This document shows positions 24,809 through 37,239 of a DNA stretch of 64,000 bases, piece after piece (the first letter of the stretch is position 1; the number at the start of each line of letters is the position of its first letter). The position numbers and the translations under genes are program-made. The notes beneath the pieces are model-generated. The model searched no databases. It worked only from the letters and a program-made list of their open reading frames with translations, and was not told the DNA's origin. Origin of the DNA: Squalus acanthias (taxonomy: Eukaryota); contig CM059432.1 of NCBI GenBank assembly GCA_030390025.1, positions 72,232,001 through 72,296,000 of the forward strand, written 5' to 3'.

Positions 24809-27111
24809 TTAACAATATCAGCTAACATTTGAGCCAGGAAGCGAAGTTGGGTGCTCAGCAGTTTGGTGGGAATAGGATCGAGGGAGCAGGAGGTGGGTCT
24901 CATGGACAAGATGAGCTCGGAGGGGGAGGTCAGAGAGAAACTAGAGAAAGATGTTCATGGTTAGGGCAGTGGGTAACTTTAGAGGAAGTTTGGCCTGGTG
25001 GGATAGGGGAAGTGAAGGAAGCAGCAGAGGCAGCTGAACAGATGGTCTCAATCATTGTGACAAAGAAGTCCATGAGCTCCTTGCATTTGTTGTTGGAGGT
25101 GAGGGTGGAGGAGGCAGTGGAGAGGGGTTTAAGAAGATGGTTTGTAGTAGAGAAGAGAATCTAGGGGTTATCTTTGCATTCCAGGATGATTCTGGAATAA
25201 TGAGCACTTTTGGCAGATCAGAGCAGGACCCAATAGTGCTTTGTGGTCCAGTCAGATCAGGCGATGAATGCTTATAACAGTTGTTCGTCATAGATGTTCC
25301 AGTTGGCGTCCCTTGGACTTAAGGGAGCGGAGATGAGGGCCATACCGTGGGGTGACCACAGTGAGAAAGAGTAATGGTTTTAATGGGGACAAGTGCATCA
25401 AAGGCGAAAGTGAGGGTGTGATTGAGCAGATTGGTAGCTGCAGAAATGTCATGGTAAATGGAGGGCCAAAGGCTAGACAGTTAGGAATTTGAAAGTGCAG
25501 TTGTAAGTGACTTGGGAGGAGTTTTTTCCAGGGGCAGACACAGAAGGAAGTAGGGGGGGTGGCCGGGGGGGGGGGGGGGTGGGGGAAATGCGGGTAGAGA
25601 GGGATACAAGGAAATGATCAGAGATGGCTTTGTCTGTGATTGACAAGATAGGAGTAGTGAGGCCATGTAAAATGACAAGGTTAGTGGAGTGGCCGTGCAT
25701 ATGGGTAGGGGTATTAATATGGAGGGAATGATTTAGGGAGGATAGGAGGGCAGTGAACTCGGAGAGCATGATGAGTTGAGATGGAGGTTGAAATCATCAA
25801 GGATGAGAAGTTGCTTGGAGCAGAGGCTGAAGGAGGCAAGCAGTAGCGATATCTTGGTGAGAAACTTGGCATGGTACTTGGGTGGGTGGTAGAGAACGAG
25901 GATTTAAAATGAGAGGCAAGGGGGTTGTGCAAGGTGAGATCTCAAAGGAGGAGGTGGTATCGGGAGTAGGGGGACAGACCAAGGTGTGATTTGATGAGGG
26001 CTACACTGCCACTGTGGTGGTTTGGGCGGGGGAAGTGGTGGAAGGTATAGCCAGGCGGGGAAGCTTCATTTAAGGGGGAAGGCGTCATCACCCCTCAGCC
26101 AGGTGTCCATGAAGGATGTTGATGCAATCATCCACAATAAACTCATTGGTGGCAAGGGCCTTGCTCACAAGTGAACAGACATTCTGATGGGAGATGTGAA
26201 GAGGGACGCTGATAGCCGATCTGCTGGCAGAGTCCGCGGGGTCAGTGCTGAGAGGGGTGAGTGGGGCGGGAAGGAGATTGACAAGATTAGCCACCAGCAT
26301 GTGCATTGGGTGGGAAGGTCAGTGAGGGAGGAGGATGGGGCAGTTGGGGTTGCTGTTCGTTAGGAGGCAGCGACGAGTGCCTCGATGGGCCCTTCTGAGC
26401 ATGTCAAGAGAGGCACAGAGTGAAGCTGCAGGCTTATCTAAGAGGGAGTAAAGCCTGGGATGGCAGCAGGATAGTAGGAAGGTTGAAGAGTGCTGAAGGG
26501 TTGAGGTAAGGATTTAGGAGGGCAGAGTACCCAAGAGGGGAGAAGCGAAAGGAGGCATGACGACATGAGAGAGGGGCTTAGGAGGGGTAAAGAGAAAAGA
26601 AGAATTAAGGGGAGAGAAAAGGGGAAATAGAAGTGATGGGCTCGGGTCCAGAGCAGTAGCCAAAACCTGCACGTGAATGGGCACAGGGAAACTCAAGTTA
26701 CATGGGTGTGGAAGATACCTTCTGATGGGACACTCATTACCGCGATGACACTGTCTCTTCCTTGCAATGACAAAGCAAGCATTATCTGAAGAACTAACCA
26801 AACCTGATGCGGGTCCGTCTTCAGGCGATTATTATTAAGAGAATTGGCATTCTTTGAAGCTAGCACCTATACTCCAGATAGGTCCTATATGTTTGCCTCT
26901 TTTTGTAAGCTAATCAAGATAAATGGACATAAGAGTCCTCAACAAGGTCAGCAATTAACAGGCACCAGTTTGAATTTGACAACTATGGCCCAGCTAGAAT
27001 TTGAATGAAAAGATAAAAACAGTATATTTTAAAATTTGAAACAGGATGAAAACCCAATTTCTTCACAGCTAATACAAATAATGGACACAGATTTAGCATG
27101 AACTCACTTAC

Positions 27112-27244
27112 AGATTCTTTGCTTGATAAACCTGTATAAACATCACAATTATCTTTGAGATGAATATCATTATTATGGATAATGCTAACAGCTTCTGTTG
27201 ACATGGAAAGATCTAAAGCTTGAATAAAACCACTTCTGCCAGAT
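27112..27244 (-). other. Candidate 133-nt coding exon, unidentified
   Basis: Minus-strand acceptor TCTTACAG and donor GTAAGT; a single open frame reads SGRSGFIQALDLSMSTEAVSIIHNNDIHLKDNCDVYTGLSSKES. Confidence 0.3.
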
Positions 27245-28109
27245 CTGTAAGATGCAATTTCATAAAACAAGACTATACTTTAAACTCCGAGATCAGATGG
27301 TGGTTATAAACAAAATGAGCTTTGTGTTTTCAATTTAGGACACTCAAGCCTTTGATTTAGATTACTACTTTGTAATTACTTTTAATTAATCTTGATATAC
27401 CCAAATGCAAATCTAGAATGGATTGTTTGAATATGTTAAAGGAATGCCCATCTTTTCTCATTGATGCACCTCCATGCACAAATAGGATACTGCCATAATT
27501 CCATGGGGGAAGATCACCAAAGACATTGTCCCTTTAAGAAAATAGCATCCTGGCTGCCAGGTGATTCCCCTTTGCTAAATAAAAGGCTTAATTCTGGCAT
27601 CCACTGAAGACCTTTTTCCCCTGATCAACAGTAGAGTTTTCTCTCTGGCATGGGATATCATGCAGACAAGCTTCTAATTGTCCATCATTAGTGGAAGTTG
27701 TTTAAAATTAAAATTTGTACTTTCAGCCTTTAAGCCCTCGTTTTCGCCACTATTGAGTAGTGGCCTGCTGCAGTCTAGCTTGAAACAGACAAGCCCTGTT
27801 CATTCTCTTCAGGAGCTGTCAAATGACACCAGCTCCTAGCTTTATAATTATATTGGCTGCCATTGATCCTTCACACCGATGACACTGATCTTTGTTCTCA
27901 TTAGATGACTTTTTGAGCTATGAAGTTTTCCACAGGTTTAGCACAAGGGCTCAAAGTGACTCAATCATTTTTTGAAAGATAATTCTAGCTGCAGAAATGT
28001 TGAGTGGTTTCTTCGTGGAGCAGAGCAACTTCATAATTCACAGTGCTTGAATGAAGAAAGAAAACTAGCAGTATTTAATCTTCTAATGCCAGAGCTTCCC
28101 TTCTCAGAA

Positions 28110-28920
28110 TTGTTTAATAGGTAAATGCATCGGTGTGATACTGAGCCATACACTAGGAAGTTCCCAGGTTCGATACTTGCCCAGTATTGAGTTAGGTGTC
28201 AGCCGTGGCTCAGTGGTAGCACCCCCTCCTCCGAATCAGAAGGTTGTGGGTTTAAGTCCCACTCCAGAGACTTGAGCCCAAAATCTAGGCTGACACTTCA
28301 GTGCAGTCCTGAGGGAGTGCCGCACTGTTAGAGGTGCTCCTCCGACAGTGCAGCACTTCCTCAGGACTGCCGAGGCACTGCCTGCTCTCAGGTGGAGGTA
28401 AAGATTCTATGGCACTATTGGAAGAAGAGCAGGGGAGTCCTCCCAATATTTATCCCTTAATAAGTATCACTAAAAAACAGGTTATCTGGTCATTTATTTC
28501 ATTGCTGTTTGTGGGACTTTGCTGTGTGCATGATGGCTGCCGCGTTTCCTACATTACGACAGTGACTCCACTTAAAAATAATTAATTGGCTGTAGAGCGC
28601 TTTGGGGCACCCTGAGGTTGTGGAAGGCGCTATATAAATGCAAGTTCTTTTTTTCTCAGCTAGAAGTTAGTGTTCATCTGGAATAATAAAAATTAGTTAA
28701 GGTTGCTATTTGATGACCTCTACTGGCAAGTGGGCATTCATGGTCAGGATTGGGCTAACCTAACCTGTGATGTCCCAAAGTTGAAGAACCCACCAACATT
28801 TGCTGTCTAGGCACAGACATGAAGCAATGCCGCTTGGGTGAGATGCCAGACATCTACTATTGTGTGTGGAACTGTAACTGACCATGAATCACTGCCATTG
28901 GATGGGGAGAATGCCTTTCA
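28110..28920 (+). mobile_element. Ancient tRNA-derived SINE, unclassified, split by a DeuSINE
   Basis: B-box-like GGTTCGATAC near 28170; related pieces at about 29580-29700 (minus) and 32990-33130. Confidence 0.45.
28196..28652 (+). mobile_element. Deu-domain SINE with an internal fold-back duplication
   Basis: Head GTGTCAGCCGTGGCTCAGTGGTAGCAC, tail GGCGCTATATAAATGCAAG; 32-bp inverted repeat at 28303-28370. Confidence 0.85.
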
Positions 28921-30659
28921 GGAACAGAAATAGTCTGGTTGTTGTCAAAGATGTACAATAACATACAAATACTTGAACATGTTTTACTGCATTTTTAGTG
29001 AGGAGTGGTACAACCAGATACATTTTTTAAGTTAGGCTCTGAGTAATTAAAACAAATACAAGCTTAGTTTACTAAAAAAAAAAACTAATGGTGACGCACA
29101 ACTCACAGGCATGAGCTTGTAAACAAAAGTACCTTTATTAAATGGGCAAGTATTCCCAGCAGTGAGCATTGCTTTGAATGGAGCGATTGTATATATTGCA
29201 TTATTCCATGTGTGAGTAACTATCAAATGAGTTTCATCATACTGTTACGAATATGGGATTAGACTTGGTGCAATTCACAGGTCGGACCAGTTGAGTTACC
29301 TCTTTGTGGGTTTTTTAATTAAAAGATAAGATCTATCAAAATTAATTTTAGCTGTAAGTAGCTCAATGCTGAAACTTTAATTAAATGCAAGTGTGGAATA
29401 AACACTCAGTTCATCTTTTGTCTTTTGTCATTTTTGGTTCTTTGATCTTGGATTAATATCAGCAGCATCCATGGTGGACTAGTATTAAAAACACTGCGGT
29501 AAGATTTATCATGGGTGTAGCCTACCTAAATCATACTGTACCCTTTTTAATTTTCCTCCATATTCTCATTCTCCTACAATCTATTTGATATATTCTCCTG
29601 AAGGCAGTAATCTAACATTGAATATGATTCCACACTAGTAGACTTCCAGTTAATCACCCAAGCGGCCATTCTTTGTATCTGAGCCTAGACTGAGAAGCCC
29701 AGATTTTCTGATATGGATGTAATTAAGACCCAAATGGTTTGTGGCAGACGTCTTAAAGACATTCAAAGGGAAATATGTTGTTTGTACCCAGTTTTCTGAG
29801 GTTGATTTATTTGCACAACCTTGTGTGCAGATTTGGACAGGTGCCACTAGCACACTAGTGGTGGGAGTGGAAAATTGCATAGAAGTGAAATTTAATGAAA
29901 ATGTTTAACTGAAGTGCCTGCCAGTTTGAAATGGAAACTTCCTATGTTGCTGGCCCCCACCCCCTGGAAAAAGTGCCGTAGGATGGAACTCCTACCTATT
30001 TTCCAGTATCTACCACCTGATTTATACTGCTAAAATGGGAAACCAACAGGAGAATATGTAGGCTTGAGTGTTGGCAAGCCTTCTGTGGGAGACAATACAG
30101 CCAAATCTGAATGACATCCACACATATACATCTTCCAATGAAAGTAATTGGATGGCAGTTGGGAACATGAATCTTGTTAACTTTAGGTGTTCAACCTTTC
30201 TCCGAACACATGCGTCTTGTCCTTGGGGCAAAGGGGCAGGTTTTGTAAGCAGGCTGCATCTCCTATGAACTGAAACCTGTTCCCTGTACTAGAAAAATTA
30301 TCCACTAGTCATAGTATCAAGTACTGGAGATCATGTCAGACGCCCAACACGCTCTCCTCTTTTGAAGGTGGAAAATACCACTGCATCAAACCAATGGGAA
30401 TACGTCTAAAGAGGTAGAAAATTATGGAAGATGCCCAAATTCCCAGTTTTACCATGCAAAGATCAGAAGACTCCAAATGAAAATTTACCCCAATAAAAGT
30501 GGACGTAATCCAGGGATTAAAATGCTCTTTTTTAGGATACACTGTTTAAATGATGGGCCTTGTGTACGAAGCAGTCTTTCATAAACTTCACAATTCAATG
30601 TTGTTGCAGATGATGCAAATTTCCACTCCACCTACAAATTCAGAGCCTATTGAAATTTT

Positions 30660-31665
30660 AACACAGTTGGCCATTTGACCCTTCTTGCCAATGTTGACTT
30701 TACACAGTACCATTTTGCTGCTTTCTCCCCATACCCTTTTATGTAATTTTGTAGGTAATTATCCTGTACCGTTTTGAGTGTTGTAATCGATTTTAGCATT
30801 GATCGCCCCTTGCGGCACAGCATTCCATATTCCGATAATTTTTTGCATGAAAATGTCTGAATCTTTCCCTTTGCGTAACTTTTGTTTATCTTGAGATCAT
30901 GGCTTCTTGTCTTTGATTTACCTACCCATGAAAATTACGTATGTTTACCTTGTTTGTTCTTTTTATCATTTTAAACACCAACAAATCACCCCATAATATT
31001 TGCAGTTAGAACAAATACAGTACTATTTAACATAGCCTTCTGACATAACTCATACCTTTCAGCTGTGGCATAATTTTAGTAAATCTGCATTACACTTTCT
31101 TCAGGGTTATTGCATCACTCCTATGGTGAAGAGTACAAGCTGCACAGTGTTCCACATCTTAGGTGCTCGCACATCATCCAAATCCCTAATACTTGCCAAT
31201 CCTTTGACCATGCATAACTTAATTAGCACCTAGAACAAAACCCATATATCATGACGAATTTCTAGATTAACGTAGTCTGGTTCCATAGACAATGTCTTTG
31301 GGCCTCCATTTTGGAATTGGATAAGGAAAGATGGCTTTTTTCCTTATAGCTCATTTTAACTCGAGATATTTTGGATCTGCATGAGATAAAATACAGAAAT
31401 CTCCGTCATCAAGGTGTATAAAATAATAGATGGTAAAGATAACGTGCACTTGGAATATTATTTAAAAGTAAGTCAGACTAGTAGATCATAAATTTAACTG
31501 AGTGAGAAGTGAATATGAACTTTACTCAAACGGTGATAAATATTTGAAATTATGCCAAAGGAAGGTAGTGGAGACAAAGACGTTAAATCCAATTGAATGC
31601 TAAATTGAGAGAGAGTGCTAGAGGGATGAACAGAATTGCCTCTTCCTGTCCATAACTTCTCTTGT
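30660..31665. mobile_element. Two very old CR1 3' fragments in divergent orientation (minus about 30660-31160, plus about 31270-31665)
   Basis: Degenerate matches to the CR1 C-terminal motifs seen elsewhere in the window. Confidence 0.55.
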
Positions 31666-33805
31666 ATACATTTTACCCAAATTGAATCAAGTCTTGGGAC
31701 TTTCGAACTTGTGTGGAAGAGGGATAAAATGAATTAACCTTCTGAGGCTGAGTAATATTTAATTCCCTAAGTAAGTCAATGAATCTGAAGAATTGAGAAG
31801 TCCCACTCCACTGTGGTTCAGGAACATAGTTCCTTTTGTAATCAAACACTGAATTTGTTAACCAGAAGCTTATAATTTGAAGCTTGGTTTTGATTGATTG
31901 CCATTCAGATTACGGAGTATTGGGAGCATTTAACAATTTCTTAGCTGTTTGCTAGGTAGTATACTTTGTACAGCATTTGATCTGAAATGAGGAAGCCAGA
32001 GAGGAAGCCGGAAACCATTTCTGTCCCACAGTGCTGTATTTCAGCTGGCTACATAGTATTGACAGTAGTGCGCGTGGCCTCTTATGCAGGTCGTCAGTCA
32101 TCTGAGCTAAAGGAGAACATTTAGCACCAGTGGGAACCTAATTTAGGTTGGGAGGGGGGCGGGTGGATTCAGACCTTTTAATAAAAGAAGTGTTTTAAAA
32201 ACTGGTTTGTTTAGTTCCAATTATTCCATTCCACTTGTATTCAGTGCAGTGTTAGTAGTTTACAGAACTTTCTTTTTTTGCAGTGTGCTTCCATACAAGT
32301 AGGAAGGTTCATTTGATTTCAGATTTCCAAACTCTGCTCATTTCTGCTATGTAAGTAAGATTTTAGTGACTAAACCTGATCTTGCGAGCAAAATATTTAA
32401 ATCAAATTGTGTGTGGAATAAGGTTCCCTGGAAAGATTTTTTTAAGCATCTGTTGCACTAAATTTGATGCTAGTCAAATAAATAGCTTCAAGGCAAAGTA
32501 GTTTAAAATAACACTAGATAGCATTCCCAGCCTTCAGTGCTGCAACTTTAGTCTCTGAAATGTCTCCATTGCCCTTCCATCCTCCCCCTCTCCTTAAAAT
32601 TTACAGTACAGTGAACCCTGCCTTAATACCTAACAATTTTTTTTAAACAATGACTCAGATTTGAGCTTATATCACAGGCAAAATCTGTACCCTGAATCAC
32701 CGTTTTCTCCCAAGTGAAGTGTATTTGTAAATCTCTTGTGCTGGATGAAGTGGAGGGTCCGACCCATGGTTAAGCAGCCAATTCTAGGCTTACAAATGAA
32801 TAGTCACTTGGGTAACTTACTGAAAGGCTGCCTGTGAAATTGCATTCCAGTCTGAATCTTTGTCCTCCGGAGAGGATGAGAACAGGAAAAAAATGCAATT
32901 CACACGGCGGGGGGGGGGGGGGGGGGGAAATTTCAGACTTAAAAAAAACCCACCAGCTCCAGTAGCTCCTCTGCTGGTTCAGAGAGTTTATCCAGTGAGT
33001 GGCAGCACTCACAGACCAGGAAGATCGGAGATCACGGTTGAGTTAGATTATTGCAGCAGTGCTACAATCCGGGCTAAGTGCCTTTTATATTGGAAATGGG
33101 AAAATTAGCTAGGGTTCAGCTCTTAAGGGTTGAATTGGAAATCTCAGCTGAGTCTTGGGGATTTCCAGCTGTTGTGGCTAAATTTTGTATGTTTATGTAA
33201 AATATATATGTATGCATGTGTATATAATGCTATAGTTCTACAGGAGCAGGCACAACCTTCATCATATTACAACCAGGTAGAACAGCACTGCATATAAATT
33301 AACATCAGTCTATCACTTTAACATTGAGAACAGAATCCTTTTTAACTGTGGGCTACAATGGCTGTGTTAAATATAAACATGACTGAGCAGAACAAATGTC
33401 TGGTGTGGCGTGGTAGTTGCTAGCTGCAGCAAGATTCATGTGGAGGTAATCCATTGTTACTTAACAAACTTGTTTATGATGAGCCATAGTGAGAAAACTG
33501 GTAGGTGGGAGGAAGGGATCTCATTCTGTTTGCTGCAGAAGTAAGTAATTTTCATTTCTTAATAACTGCCATGCTCTCCACTAACAAAGAATTACGTTAG
33601 AAAAAGATGAACCTCCAAATATGTGGAAATGAGAAAGGTAAGGATTATTGATGCATCCACCTTTTATGTGCAGATTTATTGGCATACAACAGCTTATTGG
33701 TTACAACTGCACTGATGCATTTTGTCACTGGAAGGTGTTTGCCATTTCATTGCAGTAAATCATACCACTGACTGCAAGTTTGAGTATTGATGCACATAAT
33801 ATCAT

Positions 33806-34890
33806 TACATAGGATTACATAGGATCTACGGCACGGAAACAAGCCATTTGGCCCAACCAGTCCATACCGGTGTTTATGCTCCACTCGAGTCTCCTCCCAT
33901 CTTTCCTCATCTAACTCTGTCAGTATAACCCTCTATTCCCTTCTCCCTCATATACTTATCTACTCGCCCCTTAAATGCATCTATACTATTTGCCTCAACC
34001 ACTCCCTGTGGTAGCGAGTTCCACATTCTCACCACTCTCTGGGTAAAGAAATTTCTTCTGAATTCCCTATTGGATTTCTTGGTGACTATCTTATATTGAT
34101 GGCCTCCAGTTATGCTCTTCCCCACAAGTGGAAACATTCTCTTTTGTATCTACTCTATCAAAACCTTCCATAATTTTAAAGACCTCAATTAGGTCACCAC
34201 TCAGCCTTTCTTCAAGCGAAAAGAGACCCCGCCTGTTCATCCTTTCTTGATAGGTATACCCTCGCATTTATGGTATCATCCTTGTAAATCTTCTCTGCAC
34301 CCTCTCCAGTGCCTCCATATCCTTTTTATAATATGGCGACCAGAATTGTACACAGTACTCCAAGTGTGGTCTAACCAAGGTTTGATACAAGTTTAGCATA
34401 ACTTCACTACTTTTCAATTCTATCCCTCTAGAAATAAACCCTAGTGCTTAGTTTGCTTTTTTATGGCCTTGTTAACCTGTGTCGCTACTTTTAGTGATTT
34501 GTGTATTTGTATCCGAGATCCCTTTGTTCCTCTATCCCACCTAGACTCGCACCCTCCAAGTAATAAGTGACCTCCCTATTCTTCCTACCAAAATGTAATA
34601 CCTCACATTTATGTGTTGAATTTCATATGCCAATTATATGCCCATTCTGCAAGTTTATTAAGGTCTTCTTGTAATTTGTTGCAGTACTCTTCAGTATTCA
34701 CTATTACCCCCCCCCCCCCCCCCCAATTTGGTGTCATCCGCAAATTTAGAAGAAAAAAAAAATTGATTCCAAAGTCTAAATCATTAATATAAATTGTGAA
34801 CAACATTGGTCCCAGCACTGATCCTTGTGGAACACCACAACCCACCTTCTGCCACTGTGAATAGCTACCTTTTACCTCTACTCTCTGCTT
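33806..34890 (-). mobile_element. CR1 LINE 3' fragment
   Basis: [51 protein letters not shown] tail. Confidence 0.9.
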
Positions 34891-36439
34891 TGGCTTACTA
34901 ATGTATTTTCCATGTACTTTTTAATCTGTTTCACTTTCCTAAATTTTTTTTGTTCTTTTGGGTTAAAAGAAAGTAAGAAGTTGTAATGTCTTCATTGATA
35001 GTTGTATATTGTCTCATCTCTTGCTGCTGAAATTGGGCAAGGGATTAGCTATAGTTGAATCCCTTGGGTCCAGTTAAGAATCATAGATCAAACCTGCATT
35101 TATAGATGGAATGTTACAGTGGAATAATTACCGAGCGCCAGTTCTTTATTAGTATTCAAATAATTTTAAACAAGAACAAAAGTTTTGATTTATCAGTAAT
35201 TGAGTGCAAAACTGCACAAAAATCTCAGCCTTGACACTTGTAAGTGAGAACTTAAGAGAATGACTGACTCTGAGATATGTACTGCATATAAAATAAATAT
35301 TTAAAAACATCAAATGGTTTTGAAGGGTTTCCATTGGCCTCTAAATATTCGATTTGTGTAAATTGAAATTTGTGAGTTCTGCTTTAGATCCTAGATCAAG
35401 AAACCGAGGCTTCATCTGTGTCTGCAGCACAACATTAAACAACTATCTCATGCATGCTGGTTTTGTTACATTTATGCAATGAGATTGTGGTGCTTTTGAA
35501 CTTGACTGGCTTTAAAATAGGTTTTCTAATGCAGACTGCTTATTGGTATTTTAGACTGGTTCCTCCACACCCTCTCCAGACTAACAGGAAACCAACAATT
35601 CATGGGCAGTTAAGCTGGCTGGAGCCAAGTCATTTAACATGTCACTCTAACAATAAGCAGTTTATATTTGATGGAGCAAATGGTGAAATGGGATCATTGG
35701 CACTAATTGGGAGAACAGTTGAAAGTATGTCAACTTTTAATTGTGTTACACAAACCATTCAAACACCATGGCGTAAACTAGTCTCTGAGGGTTGCCGACC
35801 CTCCACCTGTATGGGGCATGAATGTCCCAGGCACTGCTGCTCACTGCCTGGGAGAACTTCATGTTTGAAATGTCCCACCACAGCAGCACCCCTCTTACCA
35901 CTCACCCCCTCCCGACCCCCCACCCCCAAAAATTCAGGGAAGCCTCTGGCTCGGTCACGTCATTCATCATCCCCTGTTGTTGCAGAGTGCCGGACCCCCG
36001 CTTGGGGGCGACTGGAAACGGGACCAGCTGGATGCTGAGAGACTGCAGTGGGAGGTGAGAAAGAGACACAACGAGATGATGTGCGGGCCTAGGGGGCAGG
36101 GGATTGAGGATCAGAGTGGATGGCTGGGAGGTACCGCGGGGGTGGGGGGGTGGTGGGGGAGAAAGAAAGTAATAGTGGACTGGAGTAGAGGGAGACGTTT
36201 GGGGAGTGAGAGGCACTGGGGATGGGCTCGGAGGAGAGGGGGAAAACTAGGGAATCGGGAGTGGGAGATTGGAGCTTGGGCAGATGGGGACGGGAGGAAG
36301 ACTAAGGCATGGGGTGGACTTGGGGTCCAGCGGTTCCTGGGGCAGCAGCAGCAATGTGGTCAGTGGGAGTGTCACTGAGAGGAGAGCCAGTGAAGGGGTA
36401 AGTACTGTGGGTAAATGGTGAAAGATTGATGGGCAAATG

Positions 36440-36700
36440 GTGAACAAGGGAATGGAGACCGAGGATTCTTACTGGAAGTACAAAGGGAGAAGGACGTTTT
36501 TGAACTGAGGGCTGTAAGACCATCGGCTGCTTCACTACAAGTGGCTATTGGGGCAGAGAATAGAACTTCATTTAAAAGGGAATGGGATAAGTATTTGAAA
36601 GGGAGGACTATAAAAGGATCTGGGAGGAGTGGGGTTACAGGAGAGTGTGTCAGCACAAGCACTGGGGGATGAATGGCATCCTCCTGTTCTGTGATTTTTA
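36440..36700 (+). mobile_element. Degraded CR1 3' end
   Basis: TTTAAAAGGGAATGGGATAAGTATTTG...GAATGGCATCCTCCTGTTCTGTG. Confidence 0.6.
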
Positions 36701-37239
36701 TCACCCTATGAAAAATACTGAGTCAGAACCCAGGGAGTGGTTTAGAAATGTTGGTGCTGAGCTGAGTTTAGGACGATGTGCTCTGTGAGAAGTGCTGCAA
36801 ACACCGAGCTCGCTGCCCTTTGTGCGATATCTTGGTCTGGACCAGGTTGGTCTGTGCTGGCCAGTTTTGACGTGTGAAGTCCAAGTACACATTGGCTCTG
36901 ACTGAGGTTCCCAGTTCAGAGTTGTCACCTTCACACAGAATCGGAGTCCAAATCAGATTCCACGGAGATGGGGGGAGAGTTCGGGCCTGTATAAAGTGGC
37001 ATCGGCTGGGGAGTCTGACCACACCTGGTGTAGTGCAGGGGGATTCTGGCTATAGTTACAGAGTGGATATCAGTGGGTTATAGTACTAGTTACAGGTAGG
37101 ATATCTAGGTGTTAAACCTGTTACTACCAGTTACATGTAAACATATCAGTTATTGAGTTACTGTTGGGGGAATCTGAGCGTTACTGGTATTACTGCCAAA
37201 AGTTACCGCATAGTTGACTCATGACTCAGGTCAGGACAT

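Larger units (their letters stand above)
18847..26600 (-). mobile_element. Near-full-length L2 LINE, decayed, interrupted by two CR1s
   Basis: Tail at 18847; RT motifs LLDLSVAFDTVD (22.4-22.9 kb); APE-like N-terminus ISHQNVCSLVSKALA (26.1-26.3 kb); sequence resumes across both CR1 insertions. 5' boundary approximate. Confidence 0.85.

Noticed and set aside
35454..36038. 194-aa plus-strand ORF
   Set aside because: No recognisable motif; it crosses into low-complexity or repeat-like sequence and has no splice support.
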